64,000 nucleotides of DNA from Ginglymostoma cirratum (lineage: Eukaryota), in NCBI GenBank assembly GCA_024137785.1, contig JAHRHZ010000069.1, positions 22,032,750-22,096,749 of the forward strand. Reading direction: 5' to 3'. Every line of letters begins with the position of its first letter. Position 1 is the stretch's first letter. A program made the position numbers and the translations under genes. The notes under the pieces were generated by a model, which did not search any database, had not been told where the DNA came from, and was given only the letters and a program-made list of their open reading frames with translations. Below, in pieces: positions 63,337 through 64,000 of this stretch.

Positions 63337-64000
63337 GGGCTCCATTTCCACCTATCGTTCACTCCTGCCCTCTTCCCCACCTCGCCCCTTGTCTAGCATT
63401 TATACCAACCTTTTTCTAGCTACAATCAGTTCTGTAAAAGGCCCATTGGACCTGAAACATTAATTCTGCTTTCTCTTCACAGATGCTGCCAGACCTGCTG
63501 AGCTTTTCCAGCAATTTCTGATTTTGTTTCTGATTTCTAGCAAGTGCAATTTGTTCTCTTTCTTTTATTTCCTTTTCTGTTAAACCTGGAGGCACTGTGA
63601 TATGAATGTGATACAAGCAATCAGTCATCTCGGGTCAGTTGTTGTTATGCAGGTGATCAGTCACTGAAACCAAACAACTGCACATGACCTAATTAAACAA
63701 GCAGGCATATTACAATTTTCCCTGCTTTGGGGAATACAGAAGTGCTTCAGTTGCTGGGCTGGCAGCACTAGAGTGAATGATTTCTCATTTTATTATCTAA
63801 TGTCTCCTGCCCACAGAGATTATATTGAGCAGGAATCCACTCCACGCTTGTCATAGTTCTTACAAAGAAAGCAACCACTCAAGCCACTAAACTTGGACAA
63901 ATGTTAAGGAGGTCGTTCTGCAGAAATGGCATTGAGTGACTTAATATTTTCAAATGAATTGATAAAGGTGTTTACTCTTTCCAACAGCAGCGTTATGAAA

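Larger units (their letters stand above)
62775..63570 (+). mobile_element. family B PLE 3' fragment with an inverted GIY-YIG piece
   Basis: Minus 62850-62775 reads QYLIVCFGPLQSSGLNTEFNK. Plus strand from 62875 reads EFNSFKA*, then a UTR/pLTR homologous to 25108-25382. Confidence 0.8.

Overview
This is AT-rich, repeat-dense vertebrate DNA. The HE1-type V-SINEs, CR1/HER1-type LINEs and Deu-domain SINE point to a cartilaginous fish, probably a shark. I recognised no host protein-coding exon, rRNA, true tRNA or CRISPR array; the ORF track is random or derived from transposable elements, so the window is most likely a large intron or intergenic stretch. It holds many CR1 fragments (some nested), an RTE LINE fossil, several tRNA-derived SINE families, Harbinger fossils (HARBI1-like and Myb/SANT-like), a possible hAT fossil and a 400-N gap. 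The most notable signal is about a dozen Penelope-like element (PLE) pieces in two families. They range from RT or GIY-YIG fragments with pseudo-LTRs (pLTRs) to tiny 80-200 bp, often palindromic, pLTR-only insertions with 11-16 bp target-site duplications (TSDs). Most carry a minimal hammerhead ribozyme core (CUGANGA-A-stem II-GAAAC-GUH), and the inverted copies have a ~33-nt tail on one arm only. All calls were made by eye without database searches, so boundaries of old repeats are approximate.
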